Part shown: positions 10,662 to 22,845 of the stretch, piece by piece
Layout: every line of letters begins with the position of its first letter
Position numbering within the stretch: the stretch's first letter is position 1
NCBI GenBank assembly: GCA_032718475.1
Contig: JAUCBJ010002730.1
Span: 1 to 39,394, forward strand
Source: Nemertoderma westbladi
Taxonomy: Eukaryota; Animalia; Xenacoelomorpha
Reading direction: 5' to 3'
Length of the DNA stretch: 39,394 nucleotides
Made by a program: the position numbers and the translations under genes
Notes under the pieces: generated by a model
What the model was told of the DNA's origin: nothing
The model's input: only the letters and a program-made list of their open reading frames with translations
The model's database searches: none

Positions 10662-13422
10662 GCTTTATTTTTTTTTATTTAGAAGATAGGTCATCATTGG
10701 AAATCTGAATTCCTATAGTAGCGTAATGGAGCGCGCCATAACAAAACATAGGGTCTATTTTTATGTGGTAAAAACTTCTATGTTAAAAAAAGTTTTGTCA
10801 AAAAGTTGCGACTTTGACCTGAAGATAAAACTGAATTTACAATTGTCCTCATCAAACCCTCGACCGGGACCCTTCCCTACACCATGCCCGCTGATCTAGA
10901 ATTGGTGCGCGCACCGGGGTGCGCCTCACCAGTGACCATACTCCTTATCTACGAGGTATTAGTCAGCGGTCGTCACAATTACACGAAACCCACATAAAAT
11001 ATGTTTTGAAATTATGACGTGTCCTCTTCATGTGTCTTTTTCAATTCAGATTTTATATCGAACATAAAATTGAGTCATGAAAATGAGTTGTGTACTCTTT
11101 AACGTCATTTTCATAACCTTTTCACTTCAAAATTAAAAATATATAAAATCGCCGTCATATTCACGTCAGAATATTTTGATACTTAAATATTATGTTATGA
11201 CAACAACAGAGATAGGGGGAAATTGGAAGTAAATCCCATTTCGGCGAATTAATTTCAATTTATTATCAATTAAGGTTGCAGTGGCGCGTTATTATAACCA
11301 AAACAATAAACGAAAGTCAATAGAACAGGTCTCAGTGAAATTATAAACTGGGGGTATAATGCAATAATACTGTAGGGTGGTTTATTAGTATTAGGTGTAC
11401 CTGTACCGTAACAAAAGGCAACCTTTATACCTCTAATGAGGCCAAATTAACTGTTAAAACCATCACTACCCAGTCCTTAATGATACTCCGACAATTTATT
11501 CAGTCAGTTCGAAATTTGTGTAAAATAATTGCCTATTAAAGGTACCATCGGTATATAAGAATCGTGTTCTTGCAATTAGTGGTGTACTCAATAGTCATGA
11601 TGGAGTGATTAACCTAAAATACTTTCTGGGCAAGTATTTTTTTGTTAATTGTAAAACTTTGACTTTGAGGTTTATGGACATGCACACTACTGCACAGTAT
11701 GTCCCTTCCATATGTAGTGCTGGGCACAAACAGTAAATATCCCAGATAGGTGTGGCCTGTGTGATTTCTGGGCATTTCATGTTACCAAAAGATTCTTACC
11801 ATACAATAAACAGCATTATTCTGATTAGTTAGTTTATGTTCTTTTTTAGTTGTGCGGTGATTGCAATGGCCTTGAATCGGCATACAAATACCATAGATTT
11901 GTGATTTACCCATCACCCTAATAATGTAAACAAGGGGAGATGGCCTGTCCCCTTCGCCAAATCTATCAAATTAAAAATAATCTTAAAATTATAGAATTAT
12001 TTCTTTTCGGCTGATTAGTTGTCATGCAATGAATGAATTAAAGAATAAATAATTCTGGGAAATCGTGAGATTAAATGTGATTAGCGATGTTTAAATGGAG
12101 GGAGGGGGGGGGGGGGGGGGGGGGGGGGGCGTAGGACTACCCTGTGCACTATCGGCACCTGCGTATAATTGCTGACCTATGAGCCACACTTTGTGGATGT
12201 CATGAAATGTATGTTATTTGTGCAATTTAACTGATACCCGTGCAGTTAAGAAACGCCTAATGGATTGAATCGGGGGGATATTGGGAAGGCGTAAATTTAG
12301 AGCGAGGGATAGCGTGCTCGCGCAATTGTAGGTCCACTCAAGGGCATTTAATCAAGGGAATGTTGGCGCAGGTATTAGGGAGTTGTGTTTGTGGAGTAAG
12401 TCGGCACGCACGTACAATAGGCCGTGTGCTAGTCTCGCGTACTACAAAACCACGTCCATTATTGCAGGAATTCAAAGCACATGTTCCAAGTAGCTCAGTT
12501 TTTCGTGAGTCAACAGGACTGGGGTAAATCTTTAACTTGAAAGCCGCACCCCTTCGGACAGTAGTGCAGCAATCGCTCCGACTGAGATAACACACTGACA
12601 GGCCGACATGCCACCCCCTCCTCGTATATTCCTATATAACCGGCGCAACTTTGATAATTATTGTCACCGACAGTTTGACTCTCTATTCAGCCTCCCCGTG
12701 TGATAAGAATCGCGGCCCCAGGCGTGCGGTTCTAGCCTCACCATTTTCAGTGTTAGTAGTATGAATAGGCAATAGGCCTATCTGTCATCTCTCAATTCTA
12801 AAGTCAATTATGAAGGGACCCGCCCATATATTCCGCTGAGTATTCTAAGGGCAGAGGTCCCGCGCATCAGTAACTGTATCTACTCAAAGACAATCAATCA
12901 AACTTTATTCAAAGGTTGAATTGGATTAATACGAAAACGCTGTAAAATTATAAAGGGACAACAAAAGTAAAAAAAAAGTCTTGAGTTCTATGCAGAATTT
13001 ACCCAGATTAGAGAAAATATAATCTATCGATAATTGGTATAGATAGGAATTATTGCTAATTTTCCTGATAATACACCAGAACACAATTTATATGAAATAT
13101 ATGAACATTTCAAGATTTACATTTCAACAAGTAACTACAGCAGTAACCGACCCATCACATCGCAAGTCATATATAGATAAAGAGTTATAATTATATTAAC
13201 TGTACTGTAGTTATGCATATGCACGGACCAAAGTAAGTAAAAATTCAATTGGGCCTGGGCGTTGCATGTAATTAGCGATCAGCTGACGAGTCAGCTGAGC
13301 GGTTGAAAGGCGTTCTCAAAAGGCCAAGCCAAGAGATTTAAGAGTAGGTCCTTGGGATTTTCATATCGATATTGAAAGAAACTCAAGATTCGCATTATAA
13401 AAAATATTTGGCACGACAACTT

Positions 13423-13896
13423 TTAAAAATAACAACGACCATCTACCCTACGATTGTAAATTACATCTGTGTTGGGGCAGGATTGAACAATCTTCCAAAT
13501 GTTGCTATTGTTTCGGTAGACTTCCTCCAATCTCAACCAGTATGCTTCGAAACTTAGGAAAAGTGTTTCCGCCATGTTTGCATGCTGGGCCATCAAACAA
13601 ATCTCTCGACATGGATCGAAGTTCTTGAAATCGATGTACGAACTTGTTTGAATAATATCGTCCGCTTGGAAAACTTGCAAATCAAATTCCCGACCCACTA
13701 CACCAACAAACGCGTCATCAATGGGAATATCTCGAACATATTGGGACGCGTTATTAAGGCGATGTATGACGTCATTGGATAGAATGTAGAATCCACCAGA
13801 GCAGTAGTTTGGAAATGTTGAACCTGGGAAATCAGTATATTCTACTTTGTAGCGGTTCAATAATTCGGGAGGGTTGTGCAGCACCTCACCACCGAA
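13423..13896 (-). CDS. GT31 beta-1,3-galactosyl/GlcNAc-transferase (B3GALT/B3GNT-like), coding exon 3 of 3
   Basis: Acceptor tttcag|TTC at 13896, phase 0; motifs FPNYCSGGFYILS and IPIDDAFVG; TAA stop at 13423-13425. Confidence 0.9.
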   Translation of the reverse strand, partial: FGGEVLHNPPELLNRYKVEYTDFPGSTFPNYCSGGFYILSNDVIHRLNNASQYVRDIPIDDAFVGVVGREFDLQVFQADDIIQTSSYIDFKNFDPCREICLMAQHANMAETLFLSFEAYWLRLEEVYRNNSNIWKIVQSCPNTDVIYNRRVDGRCYF

Positions 13897-14544
13897 CTGA
13901 AAGTGAAATAATGGAGGAAAAGTAACATAAATATTGTATGGGAAATATCTCGCAAATATCACCTAAATCCCTCGAAACAAGTAAAGTATTGGAATTTACT
14001 AGCTACCTACATAATTCACATATATGACTCTCAACCAAGACAAGCCATAAACTGACAGACCACAGACATACGGACACAATCACAGAGATAATGCTCAATT
14101 AACAATGAATAAATTTGAGAAAATCGACGCAAAATACAGCTCATAATATTCAACTGTTAATTATAAAATCACCTAGAATTCTTCAGAACTGAGACGGGGG
14201 GGGGGGGACGCAAATACAATCTCGGCGAATTAATATTTCGACTCAATGTTAAATTATCAATTTATGGAAAGGAGCAGGTTACAGTAGCACGTTATTTGAA
14301 ATTTTTGGGAGTAATCAAGTGTTATTTTCATCGATTTTCCCCTGGAGGGGAATTAATTTTGTTTGCGTCGAAAGCCCACCATCTCCAACCCCCTCCCGTA
14401 TCTGCCAGAACCAGACAATGTATCAGTAATGTAGCCTACATAAATCTTTCGCTCTTAAAAGTTAATGTCAATAAAAAGTAATGAATTCGTTGTTATAAAT
14501 GAATTTTTAAACATAATTATTGAGAATCCTATTAAAATACTTAC

Positions 14545-14757
14545 CATCGGTGAACCACCATAAAAGTTTATGCGCGACTTCAGATTGATAAGGAAGTGAG
14601 CCAATAGATATGTGTTGACAAACATATCTTGGTCTCCAGACACCAGGTAGGCTGCATGATCACAGTTAGACACAACCCATCTCCATGACATTGTTAATTT
14701 AGTTGTCAAGTTACGGAAGCTATCCGTAAAGTTTCCTTGAATGATATCTCCATACTC
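14545..14757 (-). CDS. GT31 beta-1,3-glycosyltransferase, coding exon 2
   Basis: tag|GAG...ATG|gtaagt, 213 nt, phase 0; encodes EYGDIIQGNFTDSFRNLTTK and the DxD motif GDQDMFVN. Confidence 0.9.
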
Positions 14758-15171
14758 CTAAGGTCAACAACAAAATAAAGGGTGGAGATTTAACTTTGTG
14801 TCAATAAAAACGGGAAAAACAGATGAAATCCAATAGAAAGATTTAAATTCTTGTTATCCACATTTGTAGTCAATATCTAAATTTCTATGGATACAAGTTA
14901 CTGTGCGCTCAATTTATTATAGAACGTTCGTTCATGTATTGAGTGTTGTTAGTTTCCACGCGGTAAAAAGGTTTAACATTAAAAATGTAAATTTTTTGAA
15001 TTTTCAAATAACTGAGTGCCATGCCTATGTAACGCTATAGGGTTGTTTACTTACACGTGGTAACTTTTTGAGCAACTCTAGTGAGCAACTCAAGTTGCTG
15101 ATCAAGTACTACTGGTCAAAAGTTGCTCCGCGTACACACAAAAAAAGTTGCCATGTTTAGATAGTTTAATA

Positions 15172-15311
15172 ATTTAGACAATAGTGCCTACGCCTACCCA
15201 GTGCGGGAGCGGTATAATGTGAACCTGGTTTTGCGGGCTAAAAATGAGGATTTAAGTTGAGTATGCCGAGTGCTATATAAATAATTAAAAATAATAATTA
15301 TTATTATTATT
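15172..15311 (+). mobile_element. SINE family A fragment in intron 1 of the glycosyltransferase
   Basis: Similar to 899-1040 (tagtgcctacg...gcggtataatg...gagtatgccgag...gctatataaataa plus (att)n). Confidence 0.65.
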
Positions 15312-15319
15312 AAAAGTAC

Positions 15320-15739
15320 CTTATACTCATCATGAATTACAGATTGGTATCCTTCCTCTCTCACTCCCAATGAAAATACAACTAAAATACCAAATCGGCT
15401 GATGAACTTTCTGCTGCCCCAAGTCTGTCTGATCAGTTGTCTGTTCTCGATATCCGGCGGGGATGATTTCACTACAATAATCGCCAGAATGTATCTCGGT
15501 TTTTGCAGACCCCCACTGAAACAGGCCAATTTATTCTCTATAAGGTAATTATATTTAAACGGATATGGTGGGTTTTTCCTTTGTAGGCGATCCCCCTTCA
15601 GGTTAAAAACATTTAATGTTTGAGTTGAAAATGTTGGCCGAAACGACAGATAATTATTCGAAAGGTTTATGAAGATCAGAAGAATCACAGAAAGTCCTAA
15701 GGAGCAAACAAGAGGTTTACGTAAACCAACGACACCCAT
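15320..15739 (-). CDS. GT31 beta-1,3-glycosyltransferase, coding exon 1 (spliced product about 368 aa)
   Basis: ATG, type II membrane anchor LGLSVILLIFINL, motif IIVVKSSP...RQLIRQTWG, donor AAG|gtactt, phase 0. Confidence 0.9.
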
Positions 15740-15926
15740 AGTAGACTAGATTCTAGTAAAGTCTTAATTTAATCAAATTTGTTCAGTGTTAAAAATATAT
15801 TAATTACAAAGATATTTAAATTATGTTTTCCAAATGTTTATAAAAATAGAGATAAAATATTTTTGTTCTAATGAACTGTACGGAATGTAATTGCATGAAG
15901 ACTACTATAACACTTGTGTGTTGTAT

Positions 15927-16000
15927 CAAGGACTTCTAGAACATAGTATATATTCAGGACGCGATGCTCGCATACAGTGTTAATTTTATTAGAGGCCGGT
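15927..16000 (+). repeat. Left TIR of P-like element
   Basis: caaggacttctagaacatag...tagaggccggt; reverse complement at 19676-19749. Confidence 0.93.
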
Positions 16001-16431
16001 ATTCATTATCTTAGTTTCTTAGTTTATAGATAAAGTGTAGCTAAATAAAAGAAATGCAGTTGAAATACTATATAGTAATGGCGGAAATTATACTACAATA
16101 CTATTACTAAAATTACTAATACAAAAACTAGCTATAGTAGAAAAAATTCGTTTATGGGTACACACACATTCAATAGTATCGCCTATTACATAGTAAACAG
16201 AAACACAGTGGAAATTTATCGCAAATTTAACAATCAAATAGTTTAGGACGCCTTGGTTTTAATCTTAACTTTTTATTCTAGAACTTGTTTCATCAAGTTA
16301 AAAGATCTTGTACATACTAGCTAGTTGATGCTACTTTTTTAAAACGTATTTGTTTTATTATTGAAATATTTAAAGATTATAATATTTTTAACATTTAAAT
16401 AGAAATTATATATAAGTAGCATTAGGTGAGT

Positions 16432-16471
16432 CATGGAATACTAAATATACATGTATATTTAGTATTCCATG
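16432..16471. mobile_element. 40-bp perfect palindrome with 7-bp TSD (TIR-only mini-element)
   Basis: catggaatactaaatataca|tgtatatttagtattccatg flanked by ggtgagt at 16425-16431 and 16472-16478. Confidence 0.8.
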
Positions 16472-16575
16472 GGTGAGTAGATCTCATAATTTATCAGTCA
16501 ATTAGTTCGAACATACAGTACATGATAAAAATATAACAGACATATGATAATCTCTGCAAATCATCACATTAGGGG

Positions 16576-19101
16576 ATGCCACGCAAATGCTCTGTGGCAG
16601 GCTGTAAAGGAAATTATGCCTCGCAAGAAGAGAAGGTAACAGTTTACCAGTTCCCAAAAAACTTAACAGACCAACATCATTGGTTGGAGAATATACCAAA
16701 TAGAATAGAGAAAGTAACGCCAAATATTGGAGTATGTGCGCGACATTGGCCAGAAAACGCTGAGATGATCAAGATAAAAAGGTATGAAAGACTGTTGGAG
16801 GCTCCATCAGTATTCGGAACTGATATAAACTACAGACAAACTTCATCATCATCAAGAGAAGTTAATAAGCGTGGAGTATCTTTGAGTAGCCGAAATCAAC
16901 AGGGAGATGAACTAGTGGAATTCATTCAGTTAGATTAAATATCACCTGATCTCACGAGTTTGACAAAAGATCTGTCAGATAGAGGACTTGTTAATGAACT
17001 CGGTTTAACAATTGTGCCACATACATGTGGTGTCTCCATCATAAAGTTGGAATTTGGTCTGTTGGATAGTCCGAACATTGTATATTCAATCGACATTGAT
17101 GACAGGTTCCGTGTCACCTCCCCTGTTGTAACACGAGATGTAACATTTGGTGGAGTACTCAGTCGATGGTCACAACTGGAAGAAATTATCATTAGGTGTG
17201 AAAACTACTCATCTACCAATGATGTAGAGGATGTGGTCAGTGGGGTTTGTAGGAAATTGAACGAGAAAGGGAAAGAAAAGGAAGAAAATCGAAGGGAAGG
17301 AGAATCTTCAATTTCTAACAGAACAGATACAGTTGAGCCAAACTTCCAAGTACGGTAGGCGTTATTCTGCTCAAACCATACACTTTGCCCTATCCCAATT
17401 CTTCCGAAGTCGGAGTGCTTATAAAGGTTTATGTGAGACGCTTTCACTACCACATCCGTCAGTGTTAATGAAACACATTGGGGGACTGAATACCCTTGAT
17501 TCTATCGAAGAATGTCGAAAAACGTTTGCTGAGATCTTGGGAAGCATTGCACCATCATCTGGCAAACCGCAGGATTGCATTATCATATTTGACGAGTTTC
17601 ACATAAAAGCCAGTATACAGTATCGCGGCGGACATTTGATAGGACATGCAGTAGATGGACCATTCGAAACAATCGATCAATCAAAACCAGCTAGAAAGGT
17701 TCTGAGTATCATGGTTAAGCCCTTATTGAGTGGATGTGCATTCATGGTGAAGTTGATCCCAGTCTACTCATTGAAGAATGACTTTCTCATAGAACAGCTT
17801 ATGGAGGTAATTAACCTTGTAAATTCTTGCAATGGAAATGTGATTAGCCTATTAGCTGACAACTTATCTACAAACCGAGCTGCCTTTAAAGAGTACAACT
17901 CAAACTATGGTAATCCGAACTTTCCTTACCTTGGTTCAGTGTCTCCAGATGTTGGTCAATCTAAATTCTTCCACATGCTCTATGACCCGACTCATCTCCT
18001 TAAATCAATTCGCAATAACTGGGTCACTGAAAATATCCAAAGATTGACAATAAGTGTTCCTGGCACATCGCGTTATATTCGCGGTGACTGGAAGGACATT
18101 AAAGAGCTATACAAGGTTGATTCCATGAATATAGTGCGAATGACTACTCTAACCCAGGCAGCTATAAACCCATCTTCTTTTGAGAAGCAGAAGGTTTCTC
18201 TAGCACTCCAGGTTTTCAATGAGAAAACTTGTGGCCGCTTTAGCCTTGAGAGGAAACAAAGAGACAGCAGAGTTTGTTGATATAGTGCTGCGTTTCTGGA
18301 AGATTGTCAATGTCAAGTCCACTAGCATAGGATATAGGTTGAATGATCCAGACCGTTATCCAATAAAGTCGCCTACAGATTCCCGTTTGACATATCTGAG
18401 AGATTTGGCTGGTAGTATTAAAGATTTGAAAAGGGGGAAGGGAGTGAAACGAGTAGAGAGTTTGACCACAGAAACTCGAACCTCAATGATATCTACACTC
18501 GAAGGATTATGTAACATTACAGAGAAACTGCTTAGAGTAAATGGATATAATTATGTCTTGCTTGGCTTACTACAGTCTGATCCGATCGAAGGAGAGTTTG
18601 GAGTATATAGGCAAATGAGTGGCGGAAATTATAACATCTGTCTAGAACAGGTCATGTATTCAGAGAGATTATTGACATTATTGACACAGAGAAAAGCGCT
18701 TTGATGTATGCATGCAGCTATGTGACCTTCAAGGAACACCTGCCCATTGATGTCTCAGAACTTAGAGATTGTTCACAACTTCCAGAGTGTGACTTCACGA
18801 ACATGGTCTCTCGAGGAAAGCTTCAATTCCCCGTGCAGACATATTTCATCTAGCCTGTGCTTCTCTGTCACTCACCAAACGGCGCTATATTGGATGTACA
18901 ACCAGGATGAGGCGATTTGTCGATTTCATATATGACAATACTGTGGTAGATAGTGCTATTGATGGTAGGAAGGCAGATATTATCCACAGACTCTGCAATA
19001 TACTGATGAAGGGACTCTCCAAGTTCTACAGCAATAAAGCGGCTAATGACAGAGATGTAGAGACTAACAATAGAAAGAAGAGAATACTGAAAAGCCAATA
19101 G
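16576..19101 (+). pseudogene. Disrupted THAP-domain P-element transposase
   Basis: THAP C2CH finger (MPRKCSVAGC...FP...W...VCARHW...APSVF) and catalytic motifs IFDE, LADN, YDPTHLLK, QSDPIEGEFG. In-frame TAA at 16936 and frameshifts near 17290 and 18225; degraded 3' end. Confidence 0.9.
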
Positions 19102-19675
19102 GGCTGTAATAAACATAAATTAGACAGAGACTCTGTTGAATAAGAGCTTACTGTAAGCTAAATGACGTGTTATCGAAAATGAACACTTATTGTGAATAAA
19201 AATTAAGTAAAGTTTTTCAGCCGTTAGGTCGGGATTACATTACACACAAAGTTATTTGACTTATTCTCAGTAAATAAACAGTAAATTTCCAGTAAACAAT
19301 AATAAGTCTAACAAGTCTAACTGTACTCTGAGATAAACGTATCAAAACTGCTTCCGTACAGATTATACATATTTCGAAATATTGTGGCTCGTATATTTCA
19401 TTAGGAGTTCGGTTTCAGTGGTAGATACAGTCAGTTATTTCACACAACTTATTTCAAAGGTTATTTCGAATATCTTTCAACAGTTAGTTATTTTGTACTA
19501 ATAAATTATCGCTAGCAAATTGTCGTAAAATATTTACATTAAGTACATTAGTACATTAGGTTGTTAGCAATACAAATTAAAAACATTAAAAACGTTTGCA
19601 TTAAAAACAATGAAAGGAAATTGAGAAGTTTACTTCTGTAAATTAAAGTAATTAGGCCTACACTGAATAGAAAAA

Positions 19676-19749
19676 ACCGGCCTCTAATAAAATTAACACT
19701 ATATGCGAGCATCGCGTCCTGAATATATACTATGTTCTAGAAGTCCTTA
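19676..19749 (-). repeat. Right TIR of P-like element
   Basis: Inverse of 15927-16000; terminal base is A where G is expected. Confidence 0.93.
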
Positions 19750-20714
19750 GTTGTATTAAATATATTGAATAAACCTGGGTTTTTGTTTTGGCTGACAATG
19801 TCCCTACACAAACAAGTCAGATAACCAAATAAAGTTTATTTCCACCAGTAGTGGTTGATACAGTAATTAGCGACAGAGTATATATTTTCAGTAAAATATT
19901 GTAACAATACTGAGTGGCTTTACAGCTTTGTACTTGTACTTGTCACCATATGGAAAGCTATTGATCCCGCTATTCTAGTCTTATTCATCCAAAGAATTAT
20001 TACAGCAAATCATATTTCTTCCAATTAGGCGTCCCACGACAGTACAATGAGTTCATAAACGCAATCAAAACCATATCCATGAAATCAATGAGTTCAGCAA
20101 TTCGAATACAGTTCAACGGTTCATGACCGTTGACCGGTTAATAAAATGGGTAATATTAAATCTATTTAGGCAACCAAAGCACGCAAATATCAGTCAGACG
20201 CAACCGATATGGTATATAAAACCACATTCCACCTTCAAATTCAATTATCTCATTATTTAGTGAAACTGGGATCCCCAATTTATGTCAATAGTGCACCTGA
20301 CTATCCTTCGTAGAAAATTATTTTGATCTGCATCATGCGATACTGATGACTTAGAGTGGGTTGCGTTGACTGGTAAGCAAAATCGGAACTTATTTCGAAA
20401 ACATTCATACAAAAAGGATAGGATAGCCAAAGTACATCATACATGGCATGGAAGATACGTTTAATGACATGTTCCACCATGCCCAGAAGGTTTGTTTTGG
20501 TTGCAAATTTTGAGAACAATCATCCTACTACAGTTGTCAAATAAACCGATGTAGTTACACCCACAGAAACTTTAGGTCAGGTGCCAGTTTAATGAATGAA
20601 CGTGATAATGTGAATGTGCAACCATTTTCCTACCTGACTGCTCAGAATGTAGTGCACTGCGGAAAGTAGTGTGCACTAAAAAGAACCCTGAATAAAAATT
20701 GGAGCCAGTAGTAC

Positions 20715-21260
20715 TTATCTCAAGCTGAGTATACCACATAACGAATGCGGCTCCATAACAACGGTAGACAATAAATGCCCGATGGCTCGACAAGAGTATG
20801 ACTGATCGCAAGTGCAGGAGATTTTGTGAACTCCATTTTCTGACTTACATTTCCTTTTTATGGCGTACACTTTCTGACTTCCGTATTCTGATTTCATTTT
20901 ATCTTTGAGTTTTACTTACTTACTTCTCTATTATAGCCTCCATTTCTTTTTTCAGACTTCCATTACATGTGTAACGTTCTAGTATATGTACAATTCAGAG
21001 ATATAGTGTACTCAGCAGTGGGAGACATGAAGCGACTGTAACAAAATGCGTCAAGATTCACTGCTACACTGAGAAGTCGCAACATTAAGGAATGGAGTTA
21101 CTCAACTGGGTTGATATGCAGAACCCTGACAGCTTGTTGATGTCCGACCATGCTTTCCTTTTGTTGATGTGGCGGTCTCCTGCCAAAATCATCTTGAACC
21201 TGGATAGCTGGAGTTTTAAGCGTGACCTACAGATCCATCCACAGTGGTTATGATTTTTAT
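20715..21260 (-). mobile_element. Possible Penelope-like retroelement remnant
   Basis: ENGVHKISCTCDQSY resembles the GVYxIxCxCxxxY start of Penelope GIY-YIG endonucleases; PPHQQKESMV upstream; heavily degraded. Confidence 0.3.
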
Positions 21261-22439
21261 TCATATCGATTGACTGCTGATAAGAATAAATGTTTACGGC
21301 CAGGAATTTGTGGTAGGTATTGAAGTAAATATGGGCGATAGATTGTGCAAGCGGCGAGCTGTCATCTCGTATGTCTGATAACGACAGGAGAGGAATTGTT
21401 TCCACGAGTGCTGGGGGCACTATGTAAAATTGATCTTTGTAGTTAATACAATGCAACAACCCACGTCATATAAATGTATATTTTAAATCTCATTCAAACT
21501 TATGATGTTCACGCTCAGCATACATCTATGTCACAAACTATTATTTAATTCTCAGCATCACATTAGTACACAATTCATCCCTATTTAATCACCCTCTATT
21601 CAAGGTGGCTTCGTTCATGAGCTGGTCAATCCTGTAATGTGCAATATAATACTCTGATTAATTTTGTATAGTTGATAGTTCTGAAGTGAATTCCCGGTTT
21701 GAATTTCAATATTTCCTAACATCGCACGTGCCTCTGTTAGATTGCTTCCCAAACTTGAGCCCCCAAGGTGCGCTTTCTTCCTTAAATCGTCATACATCTA
21801 TTCCTATGTAATCAACGTATTTATCCTCAACCACTCAAGCACCGAACATTTTGCCGCACTTTTAATCATTAGTGGAAGGAAGCCTTTAACGCCAGGGGCC
21901 TTCTTGTCTGCTCCGGGGGTAGCGGTCAAGACAGATCTCCTTACAATGATATTGACCAATTGATATTTATCTGTTCAGAATGTAATGGAATGGTTATGGA
22001 AGATCTGCCCTATATTAGTATTATTATTAATTAGAATTAGATCTAGAGACAAGATGGTCACGTATTTCATCAAAAAAAGGACCGCGAGTTCAGTACGAAT
22101 TTTTACTCTTATTGACTTAAAATTTAAATATTGAAAATTTTCCATTATCCCCCCTCGGGTCTAAATTTGATTTGATTTTTTTAATTTTGTAAAGCGGAAC
22201 TAACTGGAACAGTGTCTGTTTGGAAAATTAAAATTCTGGGGAGACGCCGTGTCAGACCCATTATTGGCATTGAATCAACTATTGTGGAGAAAAAGCAGAG
22301 ATCGCCTACAGCAAGTGTATTGACCTCAGTGGAAATCCGCTAGGATCAGATTGATCACTGACCAGTCTTTGTTGATACAAAAGGCCGAGCTGCAAGATGC
22401 TAAAGTGTTCTGGAATTATCGAGACTCAATGTCAAAAAT

Positions 22440-22845
22440 GTGGGGCGAGCGACGAAAGTAAGCGAGCTTAGCATACAGGCACCACTAACTCAATCGGTGA
22501 GTCTGTTTGTTCTGTTGATCTGTTGTTCTGTCGATCTGTTGTGTCCAATTTTAAACGTTAATAACTCAGCCAAATGTTAATGAAATTTAACCAAACTTGG
22601 TACACATATAGTCTGGCAAAAGTTTAGAAATTTTCCAAGTTGAATTTCCGTGTGGCCTTCGAGAAGCTAAGATAATAGCAGTTAGTTAGTTAATTAAGTT
22701 AGTTAATAACTCAGCCAAATGTTAATGAAATTTCACCAAAATTGGTACACATGTAGTCTGGCCAAAGTTTAGAAATTTTCCAAGTTGAATTTCCGCGTGG
22801 CCTTCGAGAAGCTAAGATAATAGCAGTTAATTAGTTAATTAAGTT
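22440..22845 (+). mobile_element. Non-autonomous Helitron/Helentron-like repeat with internal 145-bp tandem duplication
   Basis: gcgagcgacgaaagtaagcgagc head and tctgt-rich tract, then near-identical copies at 22557-22701 and 22702-22845. The duplication is certain; the class is inferred. Confidence 0.5.

Larger units (their letters stand above)
15927..19749 (+). mobile_element. P-superfamily (THAP9/Galileo-like) DNA transposon, 3823 bp
   Basis: 74-bp TIRs matching at 72 of 74 positions, 7-bp TSD gttgtat (15920-15926, 19750-19756), internal THAP transposase. Confidence 0.93.

Noticed and set aside
13279-13310. Hammerhead-like CTGACGA...GAAA (similar motifs at 7193 and 20343)
   Set aside because: Stems II and III cannot be formed; at 13279 there is only a simple hairpin tcagctgac-ga-gtcagctga.
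21615-21963. Short ORFs at 21.6-22.0 kb
   Set aside because: No recognisable motif or splice structure.
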